DNA from: Christensenella sp. UBA6880
GTDB taxonomy: Bacteria > Bacillota > Clostridia > Christensenellales > CAG-917
DNA: 64,000 nt
Direction of reading: 5' to 3'
Assembly (NCBI GenBank): GCA_002449145.1
Contig: DKCG01000041.1
Location: 37,791-101,790, forward strand
In this document: piece by piece, positions 46,879 to 55,235 of the stretch
Layout of the letters: the number at the start of each line of letters is the position of its first letter
Position numbering within the stretch: the first letter of the stretch is position 1
Translations under genes and position numbers: made by a program
The notes under the pieces: model-generated
The model's database searches: none
Seen by the model: the letters and a program-made list of their open reading frames with translations, nothing else
What the model was told of the DNA's origin: nothing

Positions 46879-48534
46879 TTATTCTGCGGAAATTATGTAG
46901 TAATAATGCGGTTGTCCGCCCGCATAGCAAGCGGTTTCGAGCCAGTCAAACTCTTCCGAAACCTTTTGGGCGAGAGCGTTTGCCTCGTCGGCTGATACGT
47001 CTTTGCCGTAATAAAGCGTGAGCATATCTTTGTCTTTTGCGATTTTTCTTATCGTATCGAGAGTGGTTTCTTCAATGCTTTGACTCTTCGCGACGATTTT
47101 CTTTTCGCAAATACCGATTATATCGCCCTCTTTAACGGAAAATCTGTTCATACGAGTAGAACGAACGGCGTGCGTAATTTCTGCGCAAGTCACGTCTTGC
47201 ATAGCAACGCACATATTTTCGTAATTTTCTTCGGGCGTCGAATCGGAATCGAACGCAAGCGAAGCGGAAATACCTTCGGGCATATTCGTCGTCGGGATGA
47301 CGTACACTTCGGATTTTGCGAGTTCTTTTGCCTGATTTGCGGCAAGAATGATATTCGAGTTGTTTGGAAGCACGAAAACGTTTTTCGCTTTTGCGTCGTT
47401 GACGGCTTTGAGAATGTCGTCGACGCTCGGATTCATAGTCTGACCGCCCTCGACCACGATGTCAACCATCAAATCTTTGAATATGTTTGCCATACCTTCG
47501 CCCGAGCAAATGGAAATCATCGCGTATTCTTTGAGTTCTTCTTCCTCGTCGGGCTTGTCGTTTGCGTGGATTTTGCGGTTTTGTTCGAGCATATTCTCGA
47601 TTTTCACGCCGTCGAGTTCACCGAGTCCCAAAGCCGCTTTCAACGCTCTGTCTGGATGATTGGTATGAACGTGAGTTTTCACAAGATCCGTATCGCCGAT
47701 GACCAGCACGCAATCGCCGATTGTCATAAGATAATCTCTGTATTTGTTGATTGCAGCCGTCGTAACTTCGTTTTTGAGGTGCGTGATAAAATATTCCGTG
47801 CAATATTGGAACGTAATATGTTCATAGTCGTTTTCGAGCGGGTCAAATTCCTCGCCGGGTGCGGCGAGCGGCGCGCTTTCTTCGGTTGCGACTTTACCGC
47901 CGCTGATAAGCACGAGTTCTTCGCCGATAAGCGTGCGATACATACCGTCGAACACCGTAACGAGACCTCTGCCGCCTGCGTCCACGACGCCCGCTTTTTT
48001 AAGCACGGGAAGCATATCGGGGGTTCTTTGCAGAATTTCCTCGCCTGCGTCAATAACGCGTTTAAGGAAGGATTCAAATTCGATTTTTTTGCCTTTCGAC
48101 GCGCTTTGCGCTTCTTCTGCCATTGCTCTGACGACGGTCAGAATCGTGCCTTCTTTGGGCTTCGTGACCGCGCTGTACGCAATTTCCGTACCCGTTTTCA
48201 AGCACTCTGCGAACGTTTTGGGCGAGAGGTCGGCTTTGCCTTCGAGAGCCACGGCGAATCCTCTGAAAATTTGCGACGATATAACGCCGGAATTGCCTCT
48301 TGCGCCTTTGAGTGCGCCTTTTGAGAACGCGAGCGCGATTTCGTCTATGAGCAAAGAACCGCAAGCGTTTGCTTCTCTAACTGCCGACGCGAGCGTGAGC
48401 GACATATTCGTGCCGGTATCGCCGTCGGGAACGGGAAATACGTTGAGTTCGTCAACGATAGCCCTGTTCATTTCGAGAGCCTTTGCGCCGCCTTGCAGCA
48501 TTTCTTTGAATTTTAATCCGTCAATTCTTATCAT
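46879..48534 (-). CDS. fakA: DAK2-domain protein (YloV / fatty acid kinase FakA type)
   Basis: 551 aa with the DGDTGTNM Dak2 motif. Conserved asp23-yloV-recG arrangement. Confidence 0.85.
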   Translation of the reverse strand: MIRIDGLKFKEMLQGGAKALEMNRAIVDELNVFPVPDGDTGTNMSLTLASAVREANACGSLLIDEIALAFSKGALKGARGNSGVISSQIFRGFAVALEGKADLSPKTFAECLKTGTEIAYSAVTKPKEGTILTVVRAMAEEAQSASKGKKIEFESFLKRVIDAGEEILQRTPDMLPVLKKAGVVDAGGRGLVTVFDGMYRTLIGEELVLISGGKVATEESAPLAAPGEEFDPLENDYEHITFQYCTEYFITHLKNEVTTAAINKYRDYLMTIGDCVLVIGDTDLVKTHVHTNHPDRALKAALGLGELDGVKIENMLEQNRKIHANDKPDEEEELKEYAMISICSGEGMANIFKDLMVDIVVEGGQTMNPSVDDILKAVNDAKAKNVFVLPNNSNIILAANQAKELAKSEVYVIPTTNMPEGISASLAFDSDSTPEENYENMCVAMQDVTCAEITHAVRSTRMNRFSVKEGDIIGICEKKIVAKSQSIEETTLDTIRKIAKDKDMLTLYYGKDVSADEANALAQKVSEEFDWLETACYAGGQPHYYYIISAE

Positions 48535-48549
48535 TTTTGTATATACCTA

Positions 48550-48900
48550 TCACACGCGAATGCCGACAACGTTGACGTGAACGCGTTTTACGCGCATACC
48601 CGTGAACGTTTCAAGCGAGAACTTGACCGCATCCGCAAGGGACTTTTTAACTGCTTCGATATTCACCCCAAGTTTCAAAACGACAAACAACTCGACATAG
48701 ATAAGGTCGTCCACAGTCTGAACGAGCGCGCCTTTGCCGAGTTGATTTTTTCCGAGAAGTTGGCCTATATTATCGCTGAAACGGCGTGAAACCAAATCCA
48801 CCACGCCGTAACAGTCCTGAGCCGAGTGACTTGCGATAATCTGCATAGCCTCATCGCTCACGGAAATTTTGCCAAACTTGTTTGAAGTTGAAAGCGACAT
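48550..48900 (-). CDS. yloU: Asp23/Gls24 family envelope stress protein
   Basis: ATG 48900 (MSLSTSNKFGKISVSDEAMQIIA...) lies after an AAAGGAA SD. The track start 48948 falls inside the promoter -35 element. Confidence 0.85.
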   Translation of the reverse strand: MSLSTSNKFGKISVSDEAMQIIASHSAQDCYGVVDLVSRRFSDNIGQLLGKNQLGKGALVQTVDDLIYVELFVVLKLGVNIEAVKKSLADAVKFSLETFTGMRVKRVHVNVVGIRV

Positions 48901-48919
48901 ATCAATTCCTTTTTCTAAA

Positions 48920-48948
48920 ATATTACTATATAAGATAATTTTTTGCAA
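48920..48948 (-). promoter_or_regulatory. promoter of the asp23-fakA-recG operon
   Basis: - strand: TTGCAA (48948-43), 17-nt spacer, TAATAT (48925-20). Confidence 0.55.
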
Positions 48949-48975
48949 CTAAATCACAAATTTTATGCAAATCAG

Positions 48976-49004
48976 TTGCAAAACCTATTTATATTTGTTA
49001 GAAT
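48976..49004 (+). promoter_or_regulatory. promoter of rpmB
   Basis: TTGCAA (48976-81), 17-nt spacer, extended -10 TGtTAGAAT (TAGAAT 48999-49004). Predicted +1 near 49011. AGGAGG SD before the ATG. Confidence 0.6.
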
Positions 49005-49034
49005 ATCAATCGTTCAAATTAGGAGGTACAGTAT

Positions 49035-49226
49035 ATGTCCAGAGTTTGTAGTGTATGCGGAAAAGGCAGAATGAGCGGCAACGCAGTCAGCCACAGCAAC
49101 AGAAAGACCAGACGCAGTTGGGCGCCCAACGTTCAAAAAGTCAAAGTCAATACACCGACCGGCGGAGTTGAAGAAACTTACGTTTGCACGCATTGTCTTC
49201 GTTCCGGCAAAGTTGACCGTGCGTAA
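49035..49226 (+). CDS. rpmB: 50S ribosomal protein L28
   Basis: 63 aa: [36 protein letters not shown]... Canonical L28, divergent from asp23 as in Bacillus. Confidence 0.97.
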   Translation: MSRVCSVCGKGRMSGNAVSHSNRKTRRSWAPNVQKVKVNTPTGGVEETYVCTHCLRSGKVDRA

Positions 49227-49257
49227 TTCCTTTTGAATAATGTAGCAATCAACGTTA

Positions 49258-49283
49258 GCCTTCCGAAAGGAAGGCGTTTTTTT
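49258..49283 (+). terminator. intrinsic terminator of rpmB
   Basis: GCCTTCC-GAAA-GGAAGGC followed by GTTTTTTT. Confidence 0.88.
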
Positions 49284-49338
49284 GTTGTAACAAAACCACG
49301 TTTTTGCTACGGCGAAAACGAATTTTAGTTTCTTCTAT

Positions 49339-49425
49339 TCACTTCTTCTCTTTGTCTTTTTTCACAAAGAGTTTAAGGATTGCTTTGACGAATTTGGGCG
49401 GATTTAGACAAATGATTTTATTCAT
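49339..49425 (-). CDS. spoVM: 28-aa SpoVM-like amphipathic peptide (not in the ORF track, below its size cut-off)
   Basis: GAGGTGA SD then ATG; peptide MNKIICLNPPKFVKAILKLFVKKDKEKK. Resembles B. subtilis SpoVM (..IKLPKFLGGIV..), and lies in the same rpe-[spoVM]-rpmB slot and orientation. Confidence 0.6.
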   Translation of the reverse strand: MNKIICLNPPKFVKAILKLFVKKDKEKK

Positions 49426-49472
49426 ACTTCACCTCGTTTTTTACAAGGTATGAATCGAAAACGCCAAACGTT

Positions 49473-49505
49473 ACAAAGAAAAAACGAACCGCAAAGGATT
49501 CGTTT
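49473..49505 (-). terminator. intrinsic terminator after rpe
   Basis: - strand: AAACGAA(T)CC-TTTGC-GGTTCGTTT followed by TTTCTTTG (9 bp with a one-base bulge). Confidence 0.6.
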
Positions 49506-49578
49506 CAATTCAAAAATTTCATAACGATTTATATCGTTTATTCGCCGCCGTTTACGCGATTATCGCAACGCAAACGTC

Positions 49579-50223
49579 TTATTGCAAATGAAGCGATTTT
49601 ATCGTTTTTTGCGGGTCTTCTGACTTAAAAACCGAACTTCCCGCAACCGCTACGTCAACGCCCGCTTCTTTTAGAAGCGCAACGTTTTTCTCGCTCACGC
49701 CGCCGTCAACTTCGATGAGATACTTATATCCGTGTTTTTCGCGCTCTATTGCGCCGAGTTTGGCTTTTTCAAGGCATTGCGGCATAAAACTTTGACCGCC
49801 GAACCCTGCCTGAACGGTCATAATAACCAGCATATCGATTTGACCGAGATAGGGCTTTACGACGTCGAAATCGACGTCTGCATTGACCACCAAACCGCAC
49901 TTTTTGCCTTTTGATTTGATTATATCGAGCGCGCCTTGCACGTCGTCGGACGCATCGGGGTGAAACGTCACGACGTCCGCCCCCGCATCACAAAACTTGC
50001 CGACGTACTTTTCGGGTTTGGTTATCATAAGATGAGCGTCGATGGGCAAAGTCGAGTTTTGCTTGAACACTTTTATCATCGGCATACCGAAAGTTATATT
50101 CGGGACGTAAACGCCGTCCATAACGTCGGCGTGAACGATGTCCGCGCCCCATTTTTCGATATTCTTGACTTCCGTTGCCATATTGCCGAAATCCGCGGCG
50201 AGCATTGACGGTGCAACCAACAT
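49579..50223 (-). CDS. rpe: ribulose-phosphate 3-epimerase
   Basis: 214 aa, typical Rpe (APSMLAADF...HADVMDG..VPN..., MTV.AGFGGQSF). Confidence 0.95.
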   Translation of the reverse strand: MLVAPSMLAADFGNMATEVKNIEKWGADIVHADVMDGVYVPNITFGMPMIKVFKQNSTLPIDAHLMITKPEKYVGKFCDAGADVVTFHPDASDDVQGALDIIKSKGKKCGLVVNADVDFDVVKPYLGQIDMLVIMTVQAGFGGQSFMPQCLEKAKLGAIEREKHGYKYLIEVDGGVSEKNVALLKEAGVDVAVAGSSVFKSEDPQKTIKSLHLQ

Positions 50224-50387
50224 AACTTTACCTCTATATTATTTTATTAAGATAGTTTAATTTGATATTCGGATATTCCGCAACCCACGCAACGCGTGGA
50301 TATCACCCAAACGAAGTTTGGATTTCAACCGAGCAGAGCGAGGATTTCATCCACGCAGTGGATATCGTTTGCGACGAAGGCGCAATT

Positions 50388-51245
50388 TTAATCGTATTGC
50401 TTCTCTTTTCTCTCGACGAGTTCTTGATAAATGGTCTTATATCTTTCGTATCTGCCCTCGCCTATTTCCTTACCCACGTGCGCTTTTACGGCGCAATCCG
50501 GTTCGTCTATATGCGTGCACATATTGAAGCGGCATTCTTTTCTGAACGCTTCCAAATCGTCGAAATAGAGCCTTAGATTTTCGGGCGCAACGTCCACGGT
50601 TTCGAGCATTGAAAAGCCGCAAGTATCTACGAAATAAGTCGATTCGCCGATATGGAAAATCTCGGTTTTTCTCGTCGTATTCTTGCCGCGCTTTATCTTT
50701 TTTGCAAGTTCGCCCACTTCTAGCAAATCGCAATCGAGAATATTGTTGAGAAGCGAACTCTTACCCACCGCCGATTGTCCCGCAAAGCAAGCGGTTTTAC
50801 CCTTTGCGCAATCCACGATTTTTTTGACGTTTTCGCCCGTTTGCGCGCTACATTCAATCTGCTTTACGACGCCGTCGTATTCGTTCGTATCGATTGCTTT
50901 CACGTCGCATTTATTCTTAACGAGCACGGGTTCGATACCCTCGACGAGGCAGTTCACGATGATTTTGTCCACGAGCAGAAAATCGGGTTGGGGTTCGGGC
51001 GCAATCACGATAAAGCATACGTCGACGTTTGAAACGTACGGACGGATAAGACGATTTTTGCGCGGCTCAACGTTTTCGATGACGAAACTGTCGCGCTCTT
51101 TTGCGATTTCGACATAGTCGCCTACGTAAATCAAGCCGTCGTTTTTCAGTCTTTTGCGTGCAAAGCAAACCTTGACGCCCTCGTCGGTGTCAACGAAAAA
51201 CTTTGAAGCGACCGCTTTTATAACTCTGCCTTTGTACGTTTTCAT
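50388..51245 (-). CDS. rsgA: ribosome small subunit-dependent GTPase A
   Basis: 285 aa. OB N-terminus, circularly permuted GTPase with GQSAVGKSSLLN, C-terminal zinc knuckle CRFNMCTHIDEPDCAV. Confidence 0.94.
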   Translation of the reverse strand: MKTYKGRVIKAVASKFFVDTDEGVKVCFARKRLKNDGLIYVGDYVEIAKERDSFVIENVEPRKNRLIRPYVSNVDVCFIVIAPEPQPDFLLVDKIIVNCLVEGIEPVLVKNKCDVKAIDTNEYDGVVKQIECSAQTGENVKKIVDCAKGKTACFAGQSAVGKSSLLNNILDCDLLEVGELAKKIKRGKNTTRKTEIFHIGESTYFVDTCGFSMLETVDVAPENLRLYFDDLEAFRKECRFNMCTHIDEPDCAVKAHVGKEIGEGRYERYKTIYQELVERKEKQYD

Positions 51246-51371
51246 TCCGCCTTTATGATTTCGATTTTGCCTATTTTTTCGGATTAAATCCGTATTTTCG
51301 TTTTCGTTATTTCTATTCGTTTCGGTTGCGATTCATATCGTTTTTTTATGCGATATGTCGCGCTTTTTCGG

Positions 51372-52427
51372 TTATTTTTCGACGTTTTCGAGGTATCTTC
51401 TGCGCAGTTGACCGCACGCGCCCTCGATGTCGTTGCCCAAACTTCTGCGTATGGTTGCCGACACGCCGAGTTTTTCGAGTTTATGCAAAAATTCTTCCGT
51501 TGCGTCAACGCTCGGCGCAACGTGATTGCGCTCTTTGACCTCGTTGAGCCTTATGAGATTGACGTGCGCGGGAAAGCCTTTCAAGAGCCTTGCAAGTTCT
51601 CTTGCGCAAGCGTCCGAGTCGTTTTCGCCTTTTATGAGCGTGTACTCGAATATGACTCTGCGCCCCGTCTTGTCGAAATAGTATCTTGCGCTGTCCACGA
51701 GTTGCTTGACGGAATACGCTCTGTTTACGGGCATAAGCGCGCTTCTCAAATCGTCGAACGGCGCGTGCAGACTTATCGAAAGCGTGACTTTGTGACCGCT
51801 GTCGGCAAACTTGCGGATTTTGTCGCAAAGTCCCGAAGTGGACAAAGATATATTGCGCTCGCTGATGTTTATGCCGTTTGAATCGCTCACTTTGTCGAGA
51901 AATTCGAGCACGTTGTCGTAGTTGTCGAAAGGTTCGCCGCTTCCCATAAGCACGAGATTCGTCACCGCTCTCGCCTTTGCGCTGCCGCCGTTATCGCGGT
52001 TTACGCAAATGACTTGACCGAGCATTTCGGCAGACGTGAGATTTCTCACGAGTCCGTCGAGGGTCGAAGCGCAGAACGTGCACCCCATACGGCAACCTAT
52101 TTGCGTGGACAGACAAAGCGTATCGCCGTAATCGTGCGGCATATATACGCCCTCGATGAGATTATCGTCCAAGAGTCGGAACAGATACTTTTTCGTGCCC
52201 GACTTGCCCGTAAAAACTTCGAGAATGCTCACGGGATTCGCAACGAAATTCTCTTTGAGCCTTTCTCTCAAATCCTTTTTGAGCGAGGTCATTTCGTCAA
52301 AGTCTTTTCCGTCTTGCAAAAACGAGTAGATTTGCGAAGCGGTATATTTCGGACAATCGGGAACGAGAGAGGCAATTTCCTCTCTGCTAAGTCCGAGCAT
52401 AACCGATTTTTGCGTACTTTCGCTCAT
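51372..52427 (-). CDS. rlmN: 23S rRNA/tRNA adenine-C2 methyltransferase RlmN (radical SAM)
   Basis: 351 aa with CRMGCTFCAS radical-SAM motif and the C-terminal ...DIEGACGQL catalytic Cys region. Confidence 0.94.
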   Translation of the reverse strand: MSESTQKSVMLGLSREEIASLVPDCPKYTASQIYSFLQDGKDFDEMTSLKKDLRERLKENFVANPVSILEVFTGKSGTKKYLFRLLDDNLIEGVYMPHDYGDTLCLSTQIGCRMGCTFCASTLDGLVRNLTSAEMLGQVICVNRDNGGSAKARAVTNLVLMGSGEPFDNYDNVLEFLDKVSDSNGINISERNISLSTSGLCDKIRKFADSGHKVTLSISLHAPFDDLRSALMPVNRAYSVKQLVDSARYYFDKTGRRVIFEYTLIKGENDSDACARELARLLKGFPAHVNLIRLNEVKERNHVAPSVDATEEFLHKLEKLGVSATIRRSLGNDIEGACGQLRRRYLENVEK

Positions 52428-53704
52428 TTCACCCTCTGCAATCTTGCAATAAAGAATCCGTCGTATTCCTCGTGAGGCAAGATTTGAATCGTGCCGTTAT
52501 TATCTTTGTATTTTCCGCCGTCGATACGGTCGAGTCCGTCAATTTTTTCAAGCGCGAAACCGTCGTTTTTCGCAATAAAATCGTTTACGACGTCCTCATT
52601 TTCTTCCTTGAACAAGGTGCAAGTGGAATAAACCATTTTGCCGCCGACTTTGAGATATTTTGCGGCGTTTTCAATGATTTTCCGTTGCATATCGGCAAGT
52701 TCTATGACGCACTTTTCGTCCTTGTTCAAAAAAACGTCGGGGTGCTTTTTGAATGTCCCCAGACACGAACACGGCGCGTCGCAAAGCACGAAATCGAAGC
52801 AATCTTTCCATTCGTCCGACAAAACGCAAGCGTCGGCTTGAATCGCCTTTACGTTGGGCGTATGCATACGGTTTTTGTACTTTTGAATGAGCGCGACTCT
52901 GTGCGGATAGAGGTCGCACGCGGTGATTTTTCCGTGCGGACAAATCTCGCTCATATACATCGCTTTTCCGCCGGGGGCGGAACATATATCGAGAACTTGC
53001 GCCCCGTCCGTAACGTTCAAAGCCTGCACGGCGAGCATACTCGACGGCGATTGAAACGTCACGAGACCTTTGTCGAACATACGCTTCACGCAATCCGTCG
53101 CTTTGACGATATAGCCGCCGACGTCGCTCTTTTTGAACTCGACTTTGTTCTTTTTGAGCAAAAATTCAACGTCGATCGGCGTTGCCATACGGCTGTTTAT
53201 GCGGATATGTTCGAGCGTATCGCTTTTTGCGGATATAATCTCGATCGCCTTTTCTTTGCCGTATTGCGCCACGAGTTTATCGCAAAACCATTTCGGTTTC
53301 GAATAGGTCACCGACAAATAGCAATCGTCGTTTTCGCTCGGAAGCGTAAACTTGTTGTCCGCAACTTTTTTGAGAACGGCGTTTACGAATCCACTCGCGC
53401 CGCCTTTACCGTTGGATTTTGCGACTTCCACGCACTCGCTGACGATTGCGAATTTCGGCACGTCCGTGAGACTAAGAAGCGCGTACGTTCCGATTTTCAA
53501 GAGCGTTTGCACGGATTTTTGCGGTTTTTTCTCGACGAGTTGATTGAGGATATACTCGATTTTCACGTTTTCTTCGAGCGTGCCGTACACGAGCCTTGTG
53601 GACATATCGCTCACGCGCTCGCCGAGGAACGCCATATTGCTGTACGTTCCCTCTTGAAACACTTTCGATAGTATTTTGTATGCGCTGTCGATATGTTTTC
53701 TCAT
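52424..53704 (-). CDS. rsmB: 16S rRNA (cytosine967-C5)-methyltransferase
   Basis: 426 aa. NusB-like N-terminus, SAM MTase motifs LDICSAPGGK and LCDAPCSCLGT. 4-nt overlap with rlmN. Confidence 0.9.
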   Translation of the reverse strand: MRKHIDSAYKILSKVFQEGTYSNMAFLGERVSDMSTRLVYGTLEENVKIEYILNQLVEKKPQKSVQTLLKIGTYALLSLTDVPKFAIVSECVEVAKSNGKGGASGFVNAVLKKVADNKFTLPSENDDCYLSVTYSKPKWFCDKLVAQYGKEKAIEIISAKSDTLEHIRINSRMATPIDVEFLLKKNKVEFKKSDVGGYIVKATDCVKRMFDKGLVTFQSPSSMLAVQALNVTDGAQVLDICSAPGGKAMYMSEICPHGKITACDLYPHRVALIQKYKNRMHTPNVKAIQADACVLSDEWKDCFDFVLCDAPCSCLGTFKKHPDVFLNKDEKCVIELADMQRKIIENAAKYLKVGGKMVYSTCTLFKEENEDVVNDFIAKNDGFALEKIDGLDRIDGGKYKDNNGTIQILPHEEYDGFFIARLQRVK

Positions 53705-53757
53705 ACGTTCCTCAATGAAGTTTTCGTTTTATTCGTTACGCAATCTGATGCGCCTTT

Positions 53758-54696
53758 TCATTCGAATTTCGTGCCTATTTCGATGTTTCTTCCGAGCAAA
53801 AACGCGTTGTCGCTCATACGCTTTCCGCCTTCGAGTTGAATCTCTGAAAGTCTTACAACGCCGTCTGCGACCTTCACGAACAATCCCTCTTTCGCAGAGG
53901 ATTTGACGACTTGTCCGAACTCGAAAGAATCTACGTTTTCTATGTTGCAATCCGCCTTTTCGACTTTGAACACTTTGAGCGTTTTGCCAAAAACGTGCGT
54001 AAACGCCGACGGCCACGGCGACATACCTCTAACGAAGCAATCGATTTGCCGAGCGGTTTTTGAAAAGTCGATATTGCCGTCCTCTTTGCTTATCATCGAG
54101 CAATGCGTCGCTTTACTTTCGTCTTGCGGCACGAACACGGCTTTTCCGCTTTCGACGAGGGATATTGCCTCGCAAATCGCCTCGCCGCCGAGAATCGCGA
54201 GTCTGTCGAACAACTCGCCCGCCGTTTCGTCTTTTCCGATAGGCGTTGCTTTTTCAAGCAAAATATCGCCTGCGTCAACCGCCTTTACCGTGCGCATAAT
54301 GGTTATGCCGCTCTCAACGTCGCCGTTGATAATCGACCATTGAATGGGCGACGAACCTCTGTATTTAGGCAAAAGCGAAGCGTGTACGTTGAGCACGCCG
54401 AATTTCGGAATCGCCAAAAATCTTTCGCTCAAAATCTGACCGAACGCCGCGGTAACCACAATGTCGGGATTGAGATTTTCGATGTCCTCTATGCCCTCTC
54501 TCGACACTTTTTCGTACTGCAAAACGGGTATCGAAAGTTCTTGCGCCTTGACTTTGAGCGCAGAGGGTTTGAGTTGGTAGCCGCGCCCGACGGGTTTATC
54601 AAGTCCTGTAACCACTGCGGACACGGGATATACCGAATTAAGTTTTTCAAGCACCGTCGCCGAAAAATCGGGACTGCCCATAAACACGATTTTCAT
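53758..54696 (-). CDS. fmt: methionyl-tRNA formyltransferase
   Basis: 312 aa with the VHASLLPKYRGSSPIQ motif. def-fmt synteny. Confidence 0.95.
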   Translation of the reverse strand: MKIVFMGSPDFSATVLEKLNSVYPVSAVVTGLDKPVGRGYQLKPSALKVKAQELSIPVLQYEKVSREGIEDIENLNPDIVVTAAFGQILSERFLAIPKFGVLNVHASLLPKYRGSSPIQWSIINGDVESGITIMRTVKAVDAGDILLEKATPIGKDETAGELFDRLAILGGEAICEAISLVESGKAVFVPQDESKATHCSMISKEDGNIDFSKTARQIDCFVRGMSPWPSAFTHVFGKTLKVFKVEKADCNIENVDSFEFGQVVKSSAKEGLFVKVADGVVRLSEIQLEGGKRMSDNAFLLGRNIEIGTKFE

Positions 54697-54757
54697 AACT
54701 TATTTCTTTGTTTTGCCTATTTATTTGCAGTTTATTGCGCTTTTTGCGTAACGTCGT

Positions 54758-55216
54758 TCAGTCTTGCTCGTCGAGCAGTTGTTTGCATTTCGACGTATAC
54801 AAGATTCCGTCCAAGTGGTCGATTTCGTGACAAAACGCTCTTGCCGTAAAGCCTTCGACTCTGTATTTTTGTTCTTTGCCGAATCTATCGAGAGCGGTGA
54901 CTTTAACCTTCATAGGACGGGTCACTTCGCCGTACTTTTTAGGCACGGACAAACAGCCTTCGAGCCCTGTTTGCTCGCCGCTTTGCGAAGTTATGACTGG
55001 GTTTACGAGTTCAAAATATCCGTCGTCGGTGTCAACCACGCACACACGCTTCAAAACCGCGACTTGCGGCGCGGCAAGACCTGCGCCGTTTGCGGCTCTG
55101 ACGGTATCTTTCATATCGTCGAGCAAAGTCCAAAGTCTTTCGTCGAACTTGTCCACTTCTCTGCATTTTTTCGTCAAAATGGGGTCGGGCACTTTGACAA
55201 TCAATCTTTTTGCCAT
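54758..55216 (-). CDS. def: peptide deformylase
   Basis: 152 aa with the three motifs GLAAPQV, EGCLS and HEIDHL. Confidence 0.96.
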   Translation of the reverse strand: MAKRLIVKVPDPILTKKCREVDKFDERLWTLLDDMKDTVRAANGAGLAAPQVAVLKRVCVVDTDDGYFELVNPVITSQSGEQTGLEGCLSVPKKYGEVTRPMKVKVTALDRFGKEQKYRVEGFTARAFCHEIDHLDGILYTSKCKQLLDEQD

Positions 55217-55235
55217 ACTTTATATCCTTCCGTGT

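Noticed and set aside
50320-50365. CRISPR-like repeat fragment (GGATTTCAACCGAGCAGAGCGAGGATTTCATCCAC)
   Set aside because: Only two 8-nt GGATTTCA copies are present, 22 nt apart. There is no regular repeat-spacer array and there are no cas genes in the window.
50285-50367. DnaA boxes (GTGGATAT twice, compared with TGTGGATAA) suggesting an origin-like element or DnaA-box cluster
   Set aside because: Each matches only 7 of 9 positions. There are just two copies, and both are embedded in hairpins. There is no adjacent AT-rich unwinding element or dnaA/dnaN context.
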